64,000 nt of DNA from Alphaproteobacteria bacterium (GCA_965227515.1 CBDDFZ010000001.1:864001-928000); one strand, 5' to 3'; shown: positions 9,641 to 19,892, counted from the stretch's first letter. A program made the numbers and translations. Notes: a model not told the origin generated them from the sequence alone.

Positions 9641-10600
9641 ATGATTACTGTCACCGACCTCGTTTACGACTATCCGGGCCTGCGCGCCCTGGACGACGTG
9701 TCGTTCACCATCCAGCCGGGCACCATAACAGCGCTGGTGGGTCCGAACGGCGCCGGCAAGTCGACGCTGATGCGCTGCATGGCGGCGCTCGACCGCCCGA
9801 TGGCGGGCAACGTGGTGATCGACGGCATCGATGCCCACGAGCATCCGCGCGACACCCACGCCCGCATGGGCTATCTGCCGGACTTCTTCGGCCTCTATAA
9901 CGACCTGACCGTGCGCCGCTGCCTGGAATACAAGGCGGCGGCCCAGGGCCTGCCCAGGGACAAGCGGGTCGAAGCGGTGCGCACCGCGGCCGGGCGGATG
10001 AACCTGGAAGACCGCATGAACCAGCGCGCCGGTGCGCTGTCGCGCGGCCTGCGCCAGCGGCTGGCCATCGCCCAGGCGATCATCCACGAGCCGAAGGTGG
10101 TGATGCTGGACGAGCCGGCATCGGGCCTGGACCCGGAAGCGCGCATCTCGCTGTCGGAAGTGCTGCGCGGCCTGTGCGCCGACGGCATGACGTTGATCGT
10201 CTCCTCGCACATCCTGTCGGAGCTGGAAGACTACGCCACCGACATGCTGATCATCCGCAACGGCAAGCTGGTGGACCATCGCGCACTGGACGGCCGCGAC
10301 GCGGCCTCCGGCGCCGCGCCGACCCAGCGCATCAACGTGTCGCTCGCGGCCGCGGATGCGCGGCTGGCCGAAGTGCTGGAGGGGATCGAGGGCGTCAGCA
10401 TCCCGGCGGTCGAGGGGCGCAACGCCACCTTCAGCGCGCCGGCCGACCCGCAGGCGCATGCGGCCATTCTGGCGGCCCTGCTGGCGGCCGACCTGGCGGT
10501 GTGCAGCTTCGGGCCCGACAAGGCGCGGCTGCGCGACGCCTACATGGCCCAGCTCGGCGACGGTGCCGGTGGTGGTGCCGGCGCGGGAGGCGGCGCATGA
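9641..10600 (+). CDS. ABC transporter ATP-binding protein
   Basis: Walker A GPNGAGKS, signature LSRGLRQR, Walker B MLDEP, SSH. Confidence 0.95.
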   Translation: MITVTDLVYDYPGLRALDDVSFTIQPGTITALVGPNGAGKSTLMRCMAALDRPMAGNVVIDGIDAHEHPRDTHARMGYLPDFFGLYNDLTVRRCLEYKAAAQGLPRDKRVEAVRTAAGRMNLEDRMNQRAGALSRGLRQRLAIAQAIIHEPKVVMLDEPASGLDPEARISLSEVLRGLCADGMTLIVSSHILSELEDYATDMLIIRNGKLVDHRALDGRDAASGAAPTQRINVSLAAADARLAEVLEGIEGVSIPAVEGRNATFSAPADPQAHAAILAALLAADLAVCSFGPDKARLRDAYMAQLGDGAGGGAGAGGGA

Positions 10601-12054
10601 ACCCGGAATTCGTGCGCAACATCTGGCTGGAGCTGACCGGCGCCCGGCTGGTTCTGGTGATCGGCCTGATCGGCATCATCTCGCTGGCGGTGTGGATCAG
10701 CCCGACCACGCCGATCTCCGCCGTCGAGCTGGTCTCGCTCATCCTGTTCTACATCATCACCGTGTTCTGGGGCTGCCGGCGCGCGGCGAACACGGTGGCG
10801 GGCGAGGTCGCGGGGCACACCTGGGAGGGCCAGGTGATGTCCGCCATGGGCGCGTGGTCGATGAGCTGGGGCAAGCTCTTCGGCGGCACGTCGCTGATCT
10901 GGCTTGCAGGCCTGATCTGCCTCGCCAACTCGTTCGCGGCCGAGATCCACACCCTGGACGTCGGCACCGCGCTGGCCAATGTCGGCCTGCGCATGGGGAT
11001 CGCCTTCTTCGGCCAGGCGGTGGCGTTCACCGGCGCCCTGGTGATCCTGCGCAAGACGCCCATCGGCAAGCCGATCGGCGCCACCATGAGCCAGTTGCTG
11101 GGCATCGCGGCCGCCATCGGGATCAGCTGGGCGCTGGCGCCGACCGCGACCCAGTACGACTGGATCTTCGATATCGCCCAGGCGCAGACCACCGGCTTCT
11201 TCGACGTCAGCTGGTACGGGCTGGACGCCGGGTCCAACGTGTTCCGCCTCGCTTCGATGGCCGTGTTCCTGGCCTGGGTGTGGCTGGCCGCCAACCGGAT
11301 GATGCGCGGCGCCCTGCAGTACCAGAGCTGGCCGTGGGCGTGGACCGCGTTCGTCATCTTCATGATGGTCTATATGTGCGGCTTCATCTCCGCGATCGCG
11401 GACTACGAGCGCTACATGGCGGTGGCGTTCACCACCTCGGTGGTCCTGCTGTATCCGGCGGTGCTGAGCGATCTGAAGGACCCGATCACCTATCGTTGGC
11501 TGGGCAACAACCTGAAGCGCCGGCAGTGGGGCATGGCCCTGACGCGCATGCCGTTGTGGATGGTCGGCATGGCGCTGACCGTGATCGTTGCCGTGCTCCT
11601 GGCGCCGATGGTGCCGTTCACCCGCGAGGGGACGACCGCGTTCTGGGAATACATTGCGCTGGCCGCCCTGGACCCCAACGCGGAGTCCACCTCCGGCATC
11701 ACCAGCGCCTACATCCTGGCGGTGCTGCTGTTTGCGGTGCGCGACATCTGCGTGGTCCACATGCTGGCGTTCTCGCAGGCCGGCCGCTTCTCCGACGTGT
11801 TGGCACTGATCGTGCTTCTGGTGCTCTACTCGGTGCTGCCGATCGTGGCGCTGGCGGTCAAGCTGGGCGACTTCACCGCCGCCTTCGTGCCGGTGGATAT
11901 CGGCCGCCCGGCGGTGACGCTGATCCCGATCGCGGTGCAGGCGCTGGTGATGCTGTTCCTGGTCCGCATGGTGGCGCGCAACGCGATGAAGCCGGTGGTG
12001 CGCAAGCCGGCGGAAGCGGCGCCCGCGCCGGCGGCAACCGAAACGGCTGGCTGA
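10597..12054 (+). CDS. ABC-2-type permease-like membrane protein
   Basis: ATGA overlap with the ATPase; MNPEFVRNIWLE start; many hydrophobic segments. Confidence 0.8.
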   Translation: MNPEFVRNIWLELTGARLVLVIGLIGIISLAVWISPTTPISAVELVSLILFYIITVFWGCRRAANTVAGEVAGHTWEGQVMSAMGAWSMSWGKLFGGTSLIWLAGLICLANSFAAEIHTLDVGTALANVGLRMGIAFFGQAVAFTGALVILRKTPIGKPIGATMSQLLGIAAAIGISWALAPTATQYDWIFDIAQAQTTGFFDVSWYGLDAGSNVFRLASMAVFLAWVWLAANRMMRGALQYQSWPWAWTAFVIFMMVYMCGFISAIADYERYMAVAFTTSVVLLYPAVLSDLKDPITYRWLGNNLKRRQWGMALTRMPLWMVGMALTVIVAVLLAPMVPFTREGTTAFWEYIALAALDPNAESTSGITSAYILAVLLFAVRDICVVHMLAFSQAGRFSDVLALIVLLVLYSVLPIVALAVKLGDFTAAFVPVDIGRPAVTLIPIAVQALVMLFLVRMVARNAMKPVVRKPAEAAPAPAATETAG

Positions 12055-12105
12055 GCCGCGCCGGCCGCTTCTGACCTTGTTGGCGTATTTTTGGGGGGTG
12101 GACGC

Positions 12106-13494
12106 ATGACGGATCGACGGTTGCTGGCGCGTGACAGCAGCCCGGTGGATGGCGATGCCGTCGCCGCCTTCGCGGCCGGCCTTGCCGGACATGCCATCGC
12201 ACCGGGGGATGGCGACTACGAGACCGCGCGGCGGATCTGGAACGCCCATGTCGAGAAGCATCCCGGCCTGATCGTGCGCTGCGCGGGCATCGCCGACGTG
12301 GCGGCGGCGGTGAAATTCGCTCGGACCCACGACATCCTGGTGTCCATCCGGGGCGGCGGCCACAACGTCGGCGGCCGGGCGCTGTGCAACGACGGCATGG
12401 TGATCGACCTCTCCGGCATGCGCGCCATCTACGTCGACCCCGAGACCCAGACGGTCCGCGCCCAGGGCGGTGCGACCCTGGGCGACCTGGACCGCGAGAC
12501 CCACGTGTTCGGGCTTGCGGTGCCCACCGGCGTTGTGTCGCGCACCGGCATCGCCGGTCTTACCCTGGGCGGCGGGGTCGGCTGGCTGGTGCGCAAGTAC
12601 GGCTTCACCTGCGACCACCTGCTGTCGTGTCAGCTCGTGACCGCGGACGGCGACGTGCTGACCGCCAGCGCGACGTCGCACCCCGACCTATTCTGGGCGC
12701 TGCGCGGCGGCGGCGGCAATTTCGGCGTCGTCACCTCGTTCGAGTACCAGGCGTTCCCGGTCTCCACCGTGCTCGGCGGCATCATCGCCTTTCCGCGCGA
12801 ACTGGCCCGCGACGCAGTGCGCCACTACCGCGCATTCATGGAGACGGCACCCCTGGAGCTGACCGCGCACACCGCACTGGTCACCCTGCCTGACGGCACC
12901 GAGGCGGTGGCCTACCTGCTGTGCTATTGCGGCGACATGGCCGAGGGCGCGCGCGTGATCGCGCCGCTCCGCGAGATCGGGACGCCGGTGCTGGACACGG
13001 TGGCCGAAACCCCGTTCCCGGTGCTGCAGAAGATGCTGGATGCCGGCAACCCCGACGGCGCCTACTACTACTGGAAGTCGACCTTCATTCGCGACCTCAG
13101 CGACGAGGCCATCGACGCCATCCTGGCCCAGGCGGACCGGCTGCCCTCGGAGCTGTCCGGCATCGTGATCGAGCTCTATGGCGGCGCCACCAATGTCGAC
13201 ACCGCACGGGCCGCGTTCGCCCAGCGCCAGTCGGAGTACGACATCGGCTTCATGGCGCAATGGCGCGACCCGGCGGACACCGACGCCCATGTCGGCTGGG
13301 CGCGGGCGGCGACCGACGCGATGCAACCGTTTGCCAGCGGGGCCTTCCTGCCGAACTTCCTGGGCCAGGAGGGCGACGACACCATCCGCGCCGCGTTCGG
13401 CGATGCCTATCCGCGGCTGCAGCAGATCAAGGCGCGCTACGACCCAACGAACTTCTTCTCGATCAACCTGAACATCAAACCGGCCGCTGGTTAG
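12106..13494 (+). CDS. FAD-binding oxidoreductase (VAO/berberine-bridge family)
   Basis: RGGGHN FAD-attachment motif, LFWALRGGGGNFGVVT, KARYDPTNFF. Confidence 0.93.
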   Translation: MTDRRLLARDSSPVDGDAVAAFAAGLAGHAIAPGDGDYETARRIWNAHVEKHPGLIVRCAGIADVAAAVKFARTHDILVSIRGGGHNVGGRALCNDGMVIDLSGMRAIYVDPETQTVRAQGGATLGDLDRETHVFGLAVPTGVVSRTGIAGLTLGGGVGWLVRKYGFTCDHLLSCQLVTADGDVLTASATSHPDLFWALRGGGGNFGVVTSFEYQAFPVSTVLGGIIAFPRELARDAVRHYRAFMETAPLELTAHTALVTLPDGTEAVAYLLCYCGDMAEGARVIAPLREIGTPVLDTVAETPFPVLQKMLDAGNPDGAYYYWKSTFIRDLSDEAIDAILAQADRLPSELSGIVIELYGGATNVDTARAAFAQRQSEYDIGFMAQWRDPADTDAHVGWARAATDAMQPFASGAFLPNFLGQEGDDTIRAAFGDAYPRLQQIKARYDPTNFFSINLNIKPAAG

Positions 13495-13627
13495 GGCGGG
13501 TACCCGGCCTACCTATTCACACCCGTCATGCCCGCACTTGTGGAGCCTGTCCTCGGACTTGATCCGAGGAGGCATCCACGTCTTGTTGGCCGCTTCGGCG
13601 GCCATACTCGTGGATGCTCGGGACAAG

Positions 13628-14907
13628 TGTTCGGCCCGGGGAGATAGCTTACAGGCGTTCGGGGACATGGTTGACACTCTTATTGGTGTGGTTGGCTTCC
13701 GATTTTGGAGTCGGCCATGCCTTGGCAAGAGGTGTCGATCGTGGATCAACGGCGTGAGTTTGTGATGCTTGCCTCTCTGGATGGCGCGAACGTGAGCGCG
13801 TTGTGCGCGCGGTTCGGGATCAGCCGCCAGACCGGGCACAAATGGCTGCGTCGGGCGGGCTGTGCGGGGGAAGGGTTGGCGGATCGCTCGCGTCGGCCGC
13901 GCCACAGCCCGCGCCGCACGGAGGCGCGGATCGAGGCGGCCGTGCTGGCGGTGCGCGATGCGCATCCGGCCTGGGGCGCGCGCAAGATCGCCCGTTGCCT
14001 CGAACGCGACGGGATCGCCCCGCCTTCGGCATCGACCGTTCATGCGATCTTACAGCGCCACGAGCGGGTGCCGCCGCGACGCCAGACAAGCCACGCCTAC
14101 ACGCGCTTCGAGCGGCCGGCGCCGAACCAGTTGTGGCAGATGGACTTCAAGGGACGGGTGCAGGTCGACCGCGGCCTGTGGTGCCACCCGCTCACGGTGC
14201 TGGACGATCACTCGCGCTTCTCGTTGTGCCTGCACGCATGCGACAACGAGCGCACGGCCACGGTCAAGCAGCTGCTGGCGCGCACGTTCCGGCTCTACGG
14301 TCTGCCCGATGCGTTCTACCTCGACAACGGCTCGCCCTGGGGCGGTGGGGTGCCGGGGCAGTGGACCCCACTCAGGGTGTGGCTCTTGAAGCTCGGCGTC
14401 GAGGTCATCCACGCTCGTCCATATCACCCGCAAGGACGCGGCAAGAACGAGCGCTTCCACCGCACCCTGGACGCCGAGGTGTTCGCGCTGCGACGCTTGC
14501 GCGATCTCGACCAGGTGCAACAGGCCTTCGATGAATGGCGCCCGGTCTACAACTCCGAGCGGCCGCACCAGGCCTTGGACATGAACGTGCCGGCCAGTCG
14601 CTACCGGCCCTCGACACGACCCATGCCCGACACCCTACCCGAGCCCGAATACGGACCCGACGACATCGTCCGCAAGGTCGGGGCAACCAAGTTCTACGTC
14701 AGCTTCAAGGGAAGGCTATGGCCCGTGCCACGCGCCTTCGCCGGCGAGCGTCTCGCCATCAGGCCGCGCGGCAACGACGGACGCTACAGCATCTTCTTCG
14801 GCGCAACCCAGATCGCTGACATCGACCTTACAATATGAGAAAAAACCAACCATCAATGTGTCAGCTATGTCTCCGAACAACTGTCAACCATGTCACCGGG
14901 CCATACA
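13628..14907 (+). mobile_element. IS481-family insertion sequence, 1280 bp, apparently intact
   Basis: TGT...ACA ends, about 50-bp imperfect terminal IRs, 5-bp flanking direct repeat ACAAG (13623-27 and 14908-12). Confidence 0.93.
13717..14838 (+). CDS. IS481-family DDE transposase
   Basis: MPWQE start, HTH, WQMDFKG, LDNGSPW, HPQGRGKNERFH. Confidence 0.95.
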   Translation: MPWQEVSIVDQRREFVMLASLDGANVSALCARFGISRQTGHKWLRRAGCAGEGLADRSRRPRHSPRRTEARIEAAVLAVRDAHPAWGARKIARCLERDGIAPPSASTVHAILQRHERVPPRRQTSHAYTRFERPAPNQLWQMDFKGRVQVDRGLWCHPLTVLDDHSRFSLCLHACDNERTATVKQLLARTFRLYGLPDAFYLDNGSPWGGGVPGQWTPLRVWLLKLGVEVIHARPYHPQGRGKNERFHRTLDAEVFALRRLRDLDQVQQAFDEWRPVYNSERPHQALDMNVPASRYRPSTRPMPDTLPEPEYGPDDIVRKVGATKFYVSFKGRLWPVPRAFAGERLAIRPRGNDGRYSIFFGATQIADIDLTI

Positions 14908-14946
14908 ACAAGCCCGAGTATGACGACGAAGGTGGAAGCGGACGCC

Positions 14947-15816
14947 TCAGCCCGCCCGCGCGGCCATCCGCTCCGCGATGGCGAGCACGCGGTAGGCGCT
15001 GCGCACCACCGGCAGTTCGACCAGCTTGCCGTCGACCACCACCAGCCCGCTGTCGGCGGCCTCGAACGCCTGGGTGACGCGGCGCGCCTGGGCGATGGCC
15101 TCGTCGCTGGGCGTGAAATGCGGCTCGATGACCGGCAGCTGTTTGGGGTGGATGGCGCCCTTGCCGGTCATGCCAAGCTCGGCCGCCAATCGCGCCTCGC
15201 GGTCCAGCCCCGCCTGGTCCTGCAGGTCGAGCCACGGCACGTCGATCAGGTCGATGCCGGCGCTGGCGGCGGCATGCACCAGCCGGGAGCGGGCATAGAC
15301 CAGCGCTTCCCATGTCGGCGCGACCCTGAGCTCGGCGGCCATATCGACAGCGCCGAACAGCAGGGAGTCGATGCGCGGGCTGGCGGCGGCGATCTCGTGG
15401 CAGGCGGCCAGCCCCTCGTTGGTCTCGATGATGATCTGCAGCCGGATCGGGCTCGCCACCGCGGTCAGCAGGTCGTCGATCAGCCGCACCTCGTCGGGCG
15501 ACTTCACCTTCGGGACCATCAGGCCCGGCGGCGGCTTCGCGCTATCCAGGATCGCGGCCATGTCGGCGAGCCCGTCCGGGCAACGCAGGCTGTTGACCCG
15601 CACCAGCAGCTCGATGGCGCCGTCGTCCTCGTGGGCGGCGAACATGGCGAGGGTGTCGGCGCGCGCCTGGGCCTTGTGCTGGGGCGCGATGGCGTCTTCC
15701 AGGTCGACGCACACGATGTCGGCGCCCGATTTCAGCGCCTTCGGGAACATGGCAAGCCCGCTGCCTGGCACGAACAGGAAGCTGCGGCGCGGGCGAATCC
15801 GGTGGTTTTCTGTCAT
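14947..15816 (-). CDS. CoA-ester lyase (CitE/malyl-CoA lyase family)
   Basis: RRSFLFVPG, DLEDAIAP, VRVN, IIET, GKGAIHPKQ. Confidence 0.9.
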   Translation of the reverse strand: MTENHRIRPRRSFLFVPGSGLAMFPKALKSGADIVCVDLEDAIAPQHKAQARADTLAMFAAHEDDGAIELLVRVNSLRCPDGLADMAAILDSAKPPPGLMVPKVKSPDEVRLIDDLLTAVASPIRLQIIIETNEGLAACHEIAAASPRIDSLLFGAVDMAAELRVAPTWEALVYARSRLVHAAASAGIDLIDVPWLDLQDQAGLDREARLAAELGMTGKGAIHPKQLPVIEPHFTPSDEAIAQARRVTQAFEAADSGLVVVDGKLVELPVVRSAYRVLAIAERMAARAG

Positions 15817-15831
15817 GGGGATATGGTGGCT

Positions 15832-17067
15832 TCAGCCGGTGGGCGGCGCAATATGGCGGGCTGTTTCGTCGCGCGGCACGCCAAGCCACAGCACGGCGAT
15901 GGCGCACGCCACGCCGGCGACCATCACCATGGGCATGGCCAGGATCGGCAGGCCAAGCTGCAGGAAGCTGACCGCGACCGCGCCGATGGCCCCGCCGGTC
16001 ATCTGGATGAAGCCCTGGAGGGCGGAGGCGACCCCGGCCCGTTCGGGAAAGCGCGACAGCACCTGGGTCACGGCGGTCGGCATGAAGATGCCGAGGCCGG
16101 CGACATTCACCACCATGGTGCCGACGAACAGGAACTTGTGGACCAGGCCGAACAGCGGGAACGCCAGCATCAGCCCGACGGCCATCGCCATCAGGGCCAG
16201 GCCATAGGCCGCCAGCCGCCGCGGTTCGATCTTGCCGGCCGCGCGGCGGGAGACCATGCCCCCGATGATGAAGCCGGTCACCGCCACCGGCGGATAGAGG
16301 CCGTATTCGGAGGGGCTGACGCCAAGCTCGTCGATCAGCAGCGCCGGGGAGCCGGCGAAGAACGCCGCCATGCACGAGAACACGCAGCCGGCGGTCAGCG
16401 CGTAGGCCATCGCCGCACGGTTGGACAGGACGACGCCGTAGCTGCGCACGATGGCGCGCGTTTCGATCCGTTCCAGCCGCTTGCGCGCGGTCTCCGGCAG
16501 CTTGACGGCGGCGAAGGCCAGCACCGTCGCGCCGACCGCCAGGGTCAGCCAGAACGTCGCCCGCCAGTCCAGGTGCTCTTGCGCGATGCCGCCGATCAGC
16601 GGCGTCACCCCCGGCACCAGGGCGAAGGCGATGGTGATGGCGGCGATGGTGCGGGCAAGCTCGACCCCGTCGAAGCTGTCCCGGGTCGCGGCGCGCGACA
16701 CCACCATCGCGCCGGCGGCACCCATCGCCTGGACCGTGCGGGCCGCCAGCAGGGTGGCGATGTCGGTGGAGAGCGCGCAGCCGAGCGTACCGGCCAGGAA
16801 CAGCGACAGACCGACGAACAGCACCGGCCGGCGGCCATAGCGGTCGGTCAGCGGGCCGTATACGAGCTGCGCGCAGGCATAGGCGAACATATAGATCGCC
16901 AGCGTCTGCTGGGCGACGCCGGCCTCCACACCCAGCGCGCGGGCCACGAACGGCAGCGAGGGCGTATAGATGTTGGAGGCGAACTGGCCGACCGCGGCCA
17001 GCGCCGTCAACAACACCACGCTGCCCAGGCCCGGCGCGAGGCGCCGCGACCGTGTCTCGATCGCCAT
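15832..17067 (-). CDS. Bcr/CflA-family MFS efflux transporter
   Basis: IYTPSLP, GPLTDRYGRRPV, about 12 TM segments. Confidence 0.92.
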   Translation of the reverse strand: MAIETRSRRLAPGLGSVVLLTALAAVGQFASNIYTPSLPFVARALGVEAGVAQQTLAIYMFAYACAQLVYGPLTDRYGRRPVLFVGLSLFLAGTLGCALSTDIATLLAARTVQAMGAAGAMVVSRAATRDSFDGVELARTIAAITIAFALVPGVTPLIGGIAQEHLDWRATFWLTLAVGATVLAFAAVKLPETARKRLERIETRAIVRSYGVVLSNRAAMAYALTAGCVFSCMAAFFAGSPALLIDELGVSPSEYGLYPPVAVTGFIIGGMVSRRAAGKIEPRRLAAYGLALMAMAVGLMLAFPLFGLVHKFLFVGTMVVNVAGLGIFMPTAVTQVLSRFPERAGVASALQGFIQMTGGAIGAVAVSFLQLGLPILAMPMVMVAGVACAIAVLWLGVPRDETARHIAPPTG

Positions 17068-17139
17068 GCCGCCTTGTGGTCACCTCCTCGCGTGACCTTC
17101 CCCCAAGGCGGCCAGCACCCGCACCCTATAGGCGTGGCG

Positions 17140-18807
17140 CTAAGGGATCAAAACGTAATCGGAGGCGTCGACCTGCCCAGCGGCGCCGACCAGGCGCACC
17201 GTGTCGATGTAGGTCCAGGCGGCATCGAACATATCGATGTAGGCGTCGGCCCCGGCGTCGTTCACCACCACATTGTCCACCCCATAGAGCTCGATCAGGT
17301 CCAGCCCGTCCTGAAAGTCCTTGATGGTGTCGTAGCCGTGCCCGGCGCCGGTGTCGGTGATGCGGAAGATGTCGGCACCGCCGTCGCCGATCAGGGTATC
17401 GTCGCCGGAGCCGCCGTCCAGCGTGTCGCTGCCGGCACCGCCGCGAAGCTGGTCGTTGCCGTCCAGCCCGTACATATCGTCGTCGCCGGCCCGCCCCTCG
17501 AAGCGGTTGCTGTTGGCATCGCCATAGAGGCTGTCGTCGGCGCTGCCGCCGATGGCGCCTTCCATCTCGATCAAGGTCTGGAACCGCGCGAAGCCATCTG
17601 ACCCGTACATCGAGAACAGGTCGACGAACACGTCGGTGGTGGCGGCGCTGAAGTCGGCGGTGTCCAGGCCGGCCCCGCCGATCAGCACGTCGCCGCCATA
17701 GCCGGTGCCGCCGTCCAGCAGATCGTTGCCCCGGTTGCCGATGAGGGTGTCGTCGCCGTCGCGCCCGATCAGCGTGTCGCTGCCGCCGCCGCCGCGGATG
17801 ACGTTGCGGCCGGCATCGCCGGCGATGATGTCCGCCCCGCTGCCGCCGGTGACGTTCTCGATGTCCTGCAACTGGTCGATGCCGGTGCTGCCGCTGGCGA
17901 TGGCCTGGTCGACCGCGCGCTCCAGGTCGATATCCAGGTCGTCGCCGGAGTTGCCATAGTCGGCGAGGTCGATGCCGTCGCCGCCGGCCAGGGCGTCATT
18001 GCCCGTGCCGCCGCGCAGGGTGTCGTCGCCGACGTCGCCGAACAGGTCGTCGTCGCCACCGCGCCCGACCAGCGTATCGTCGCCGGCCAGCCCCCACAGG
18101 TACTGATCGTCGCCGTCGCCGCGCAGGATGTCGTCCTCATAGGTGGCCCAATATTCCTCGAACCCGGTAACGGAGGCGGTCAGCAGCCCGCCATGGGATA
18201 CCAGCTCGTTGCCGGTATCGAGCAGGTCCAGCTCGGCGCCGTCCGCGTTGTAGATCAGCAGCAGCCGGTCGCCAGTACCGGCGCCACCGTCAAGCACGTG
18301 GTCGCCGTACCCGTGGATGTAGACGTCGTCGTCGCCGTCACCGGCGAAAATGGTGTGGTCGCCGCCAAGTGCCGCATCGACGGTGAACCAGTCATCGCCC
18401 GCCCCGCCATAGGCGGTGTCGCTGCCGCCGCCGACGACGATCTGCAGGATGTTGCCGGTCGGCGCCGCGCCGGAGGCGTCGATGATGTCGTCGCCGGCGC
18501 TGGCGAAGACGGTGAACCAGGAATTCGGCGCGCCGGTGCCGCCCTGGGCGACCATCGCGGTGTCGATCTCGATGCTGGCCGCGCCGTCGAGCTGGATGTT
18601 CTCGATGCCGGACATGCCGGCAAAGTCGGCGGCGGCGTAGGTGCCGCCCCCGAGATGGACCGTGTCGAGGTCGCCGCTGCCGCTGCTCAGCCCGCCGGCG
18701 ATGATGTCGCCGCCGGAAAGCGTCGTGGGGTTGAGAAAGAAGTCGTCGGCCAGATAGTCGGCGCCATTGAAGACGTCGAGGCCGGCCGTTCCGGTGAAGG
18801 TTGTCAT
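17140..18807 (-). CDS. RTX/hemolysin-type Ca-binding repeat protein
   Basis: Many GGxGxDxL nonapeptides, IENVTGG, C-terminal DTIKDFQDGLDLI. Confidence 0.9.
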   Translation of the reverse strand: MTTFTGTAGLDVFNGADYLADDFFLNPTTLSGGDIIAGGLSSGSGDLDTVHLGGGTYAAADFAGMSGIENIQLDGAASIEIDTAMVAQGGTGAPNSWFTVFASAGDDIIDASGAAPTGNILQIVVGGGSDTAYGGAGDDWFTVDAALGGDHTIFAGDGDDDVYIHGYGDHVLDGGAGTGDRLLLIYNADGAELDLLDTGNELVSHGGLLTASVTGFEEYWATYEDDILRGDGDDQYLWGLAGDDTLVGRGGDDDLFGDVGDDTLRGGTGNDALAGGDGIDLADYGNSGDDLDIDLERAVDQAIASGSTGIDQLQDIENVTGGSGADIIAGDAGRNVIRGGGGSDTLIGRDGDDTLIGNRGNDLLDGGTGYGGDVLIGGAGLDTADFSAATTDVFVDLFSMYGSDGFARFQTLIEMEGAIGGSADDSLYGDANSNRFEGRAGDDDMYGLDGNDQLRGGAGSDTLDGGSGDDTLIGDGGADIFRITDTGAGHGYDTIKDFQDGLDLIELYGVDNVVVNDAGADAYIDMFDAAWTYIDTVRLVGAAGQVDASDYVLIP

Positions 18808-18949
18808 GGGGGTGCTCCGGGTTGCCGCAAGTGCCCTGAACAGGCTCAGCGTCGTGCCGATTGGCACCACGCCCCGGTGCTACGCGCGCAGGCGAATGAC
18901 CCTGCGCGCCAGGCGCTCAAATCACGGAATCACCCCGGATGGGGCGGGA

Positions 18950-19477
18950 TCAGGGCAGGTGGTCTTCCGCCCAGCCGATGCGGAAATAGCCGGTACCCTC
19001 AATGGTCAGGCACGGCAGGTCGACGCCCAGCTCCGCCATCGGGTCGTGCTCGGACGCGCAGGCGGCGGCCGGATCGACGAAGATGGTGCCGCCTGTTTCC
19101 AGCACCCGCTCGGTGCCGCCGACCAGGTCGCAGGCGATGGCATCGCAGGCACAAGCGCCGCCGGTGATGACCGTGCGCTCGGCCTCGCTCAGCACCACCA
19201 TGCCGTCCTCGACCGCCCAGGTGCCGGCGCGGCGGGGCACCGTTTCCTCATGCAGCGCGCCATCGGCCTCGCACAGATACTGGTCGCCGAATTCCCAGCG
19301 GCCGTCGCGGAACAGCGCGAAGTGGTCGGCATAGCCAGCGCCGATGCCGCCGGGCGTGATGTAGTAGAAGCCGGCGAGGTCGTCCTGGCCGAACGCGGAG
19401 CCGCTGCCTGCCAGTAACAGCGCGGCGAAGGCTATCGGCGGCAGGCGGTCAGTTCGACGCTTCGCGCAGCTTGGCAT
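18950..19477 (-). CDS. Hypothetical exported Cys-rich protein
   Basis: Signal-like segment (SAFG|QDD), CACDAIAC and other Cys; start uncertain. Confidence 0.6.
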   Translation of the reverse strand: MPSCAKRRTDRLPPIAFAALLLAGSGSAFGQDDLAGFYYITPGGIGAGYADHFALFRDGRWEFGDQYLCEADGALHEETVPRRAGTWAVEDGMVVLSEAERTVITGGACACDAIACDLVGGTERVLETGGTIFVDPAAACASEHDPMAELGVDLPCLTIEGTGYFRIGWAEDHLP

Positions 19478-19892
19478 TTGTCACCTCCAGCCGGTGCGCC
19501 AGCTCGCGCATGATCTCGATCGCCATCTGGGGGAACTCGGTGATCAGGCGGAAGAACAGGTCCTTCGAGATCTTCAGGGTCTCGAGGTCGGAATTCGCGG
19601 TGACGGTGGCGGTTCGCGGCACGTCGCACAGGATCGCGATCTCGCCGACGAAGTCGTTGCGCCCCAGATTGGCCACCCGGATCGCGCCCTGCGGGCTGGC
19701 GATGTCCACGCCGGCCTCGCCGTCGATGATGATGTAGGCGGCATCGCCGGGCTCGCCCTGCTTGAACAGGGTGCGGCCGGAGCCGAATTTCAGGCGCTCG
19801 CTGGTGAAGGCCAAAAGCTTCAGCTTCGAAGGCTCAAGATTGGCGAACAGAGGTATGCGGCGCAGCAGGTCGACTTCTTCTTGCAAGCTCAC
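19449..19892 (-). CDS. Stand-alone cyclic-nucleotide-binding domain protein
   Basis: IPLF, QGEPG, VGEIAIL..VPRTATV; no HTH. Confidence 0.92.
   Translation of the reverse strand: MSLQEEVDLLRRIPLFANLEPSKLKLLAFTSERLKFGSGRTLFKQGEPGDAAYIIIDGEAGVDIASPQGAIRVANLGRNDFVGEIAILCDVPRTATVTANSDLETLKISKDLFFRLITEFPQMAIEIMRELAHRLEVTNAKLREASN

Larger units (their letters stand above)
13525..14924. repeat. REP-like family C doublet interrupted by IS481 (13525-13627 and 14908-14924)
   Basis: Removing the IS restores CGTGGATGCTCGGGACAAGCCCGAGTATGAC, matching the intact copy at 59834-59921. Confidence 0.9.

Noticed and set aside
14890-17601. 903-aa plus-strand ORF
   Set aside because: Antisense shadow of the lyase, MFS and RTX genes; Arg/His/Gly-rich with no motifs, typical of high-GC DNA.
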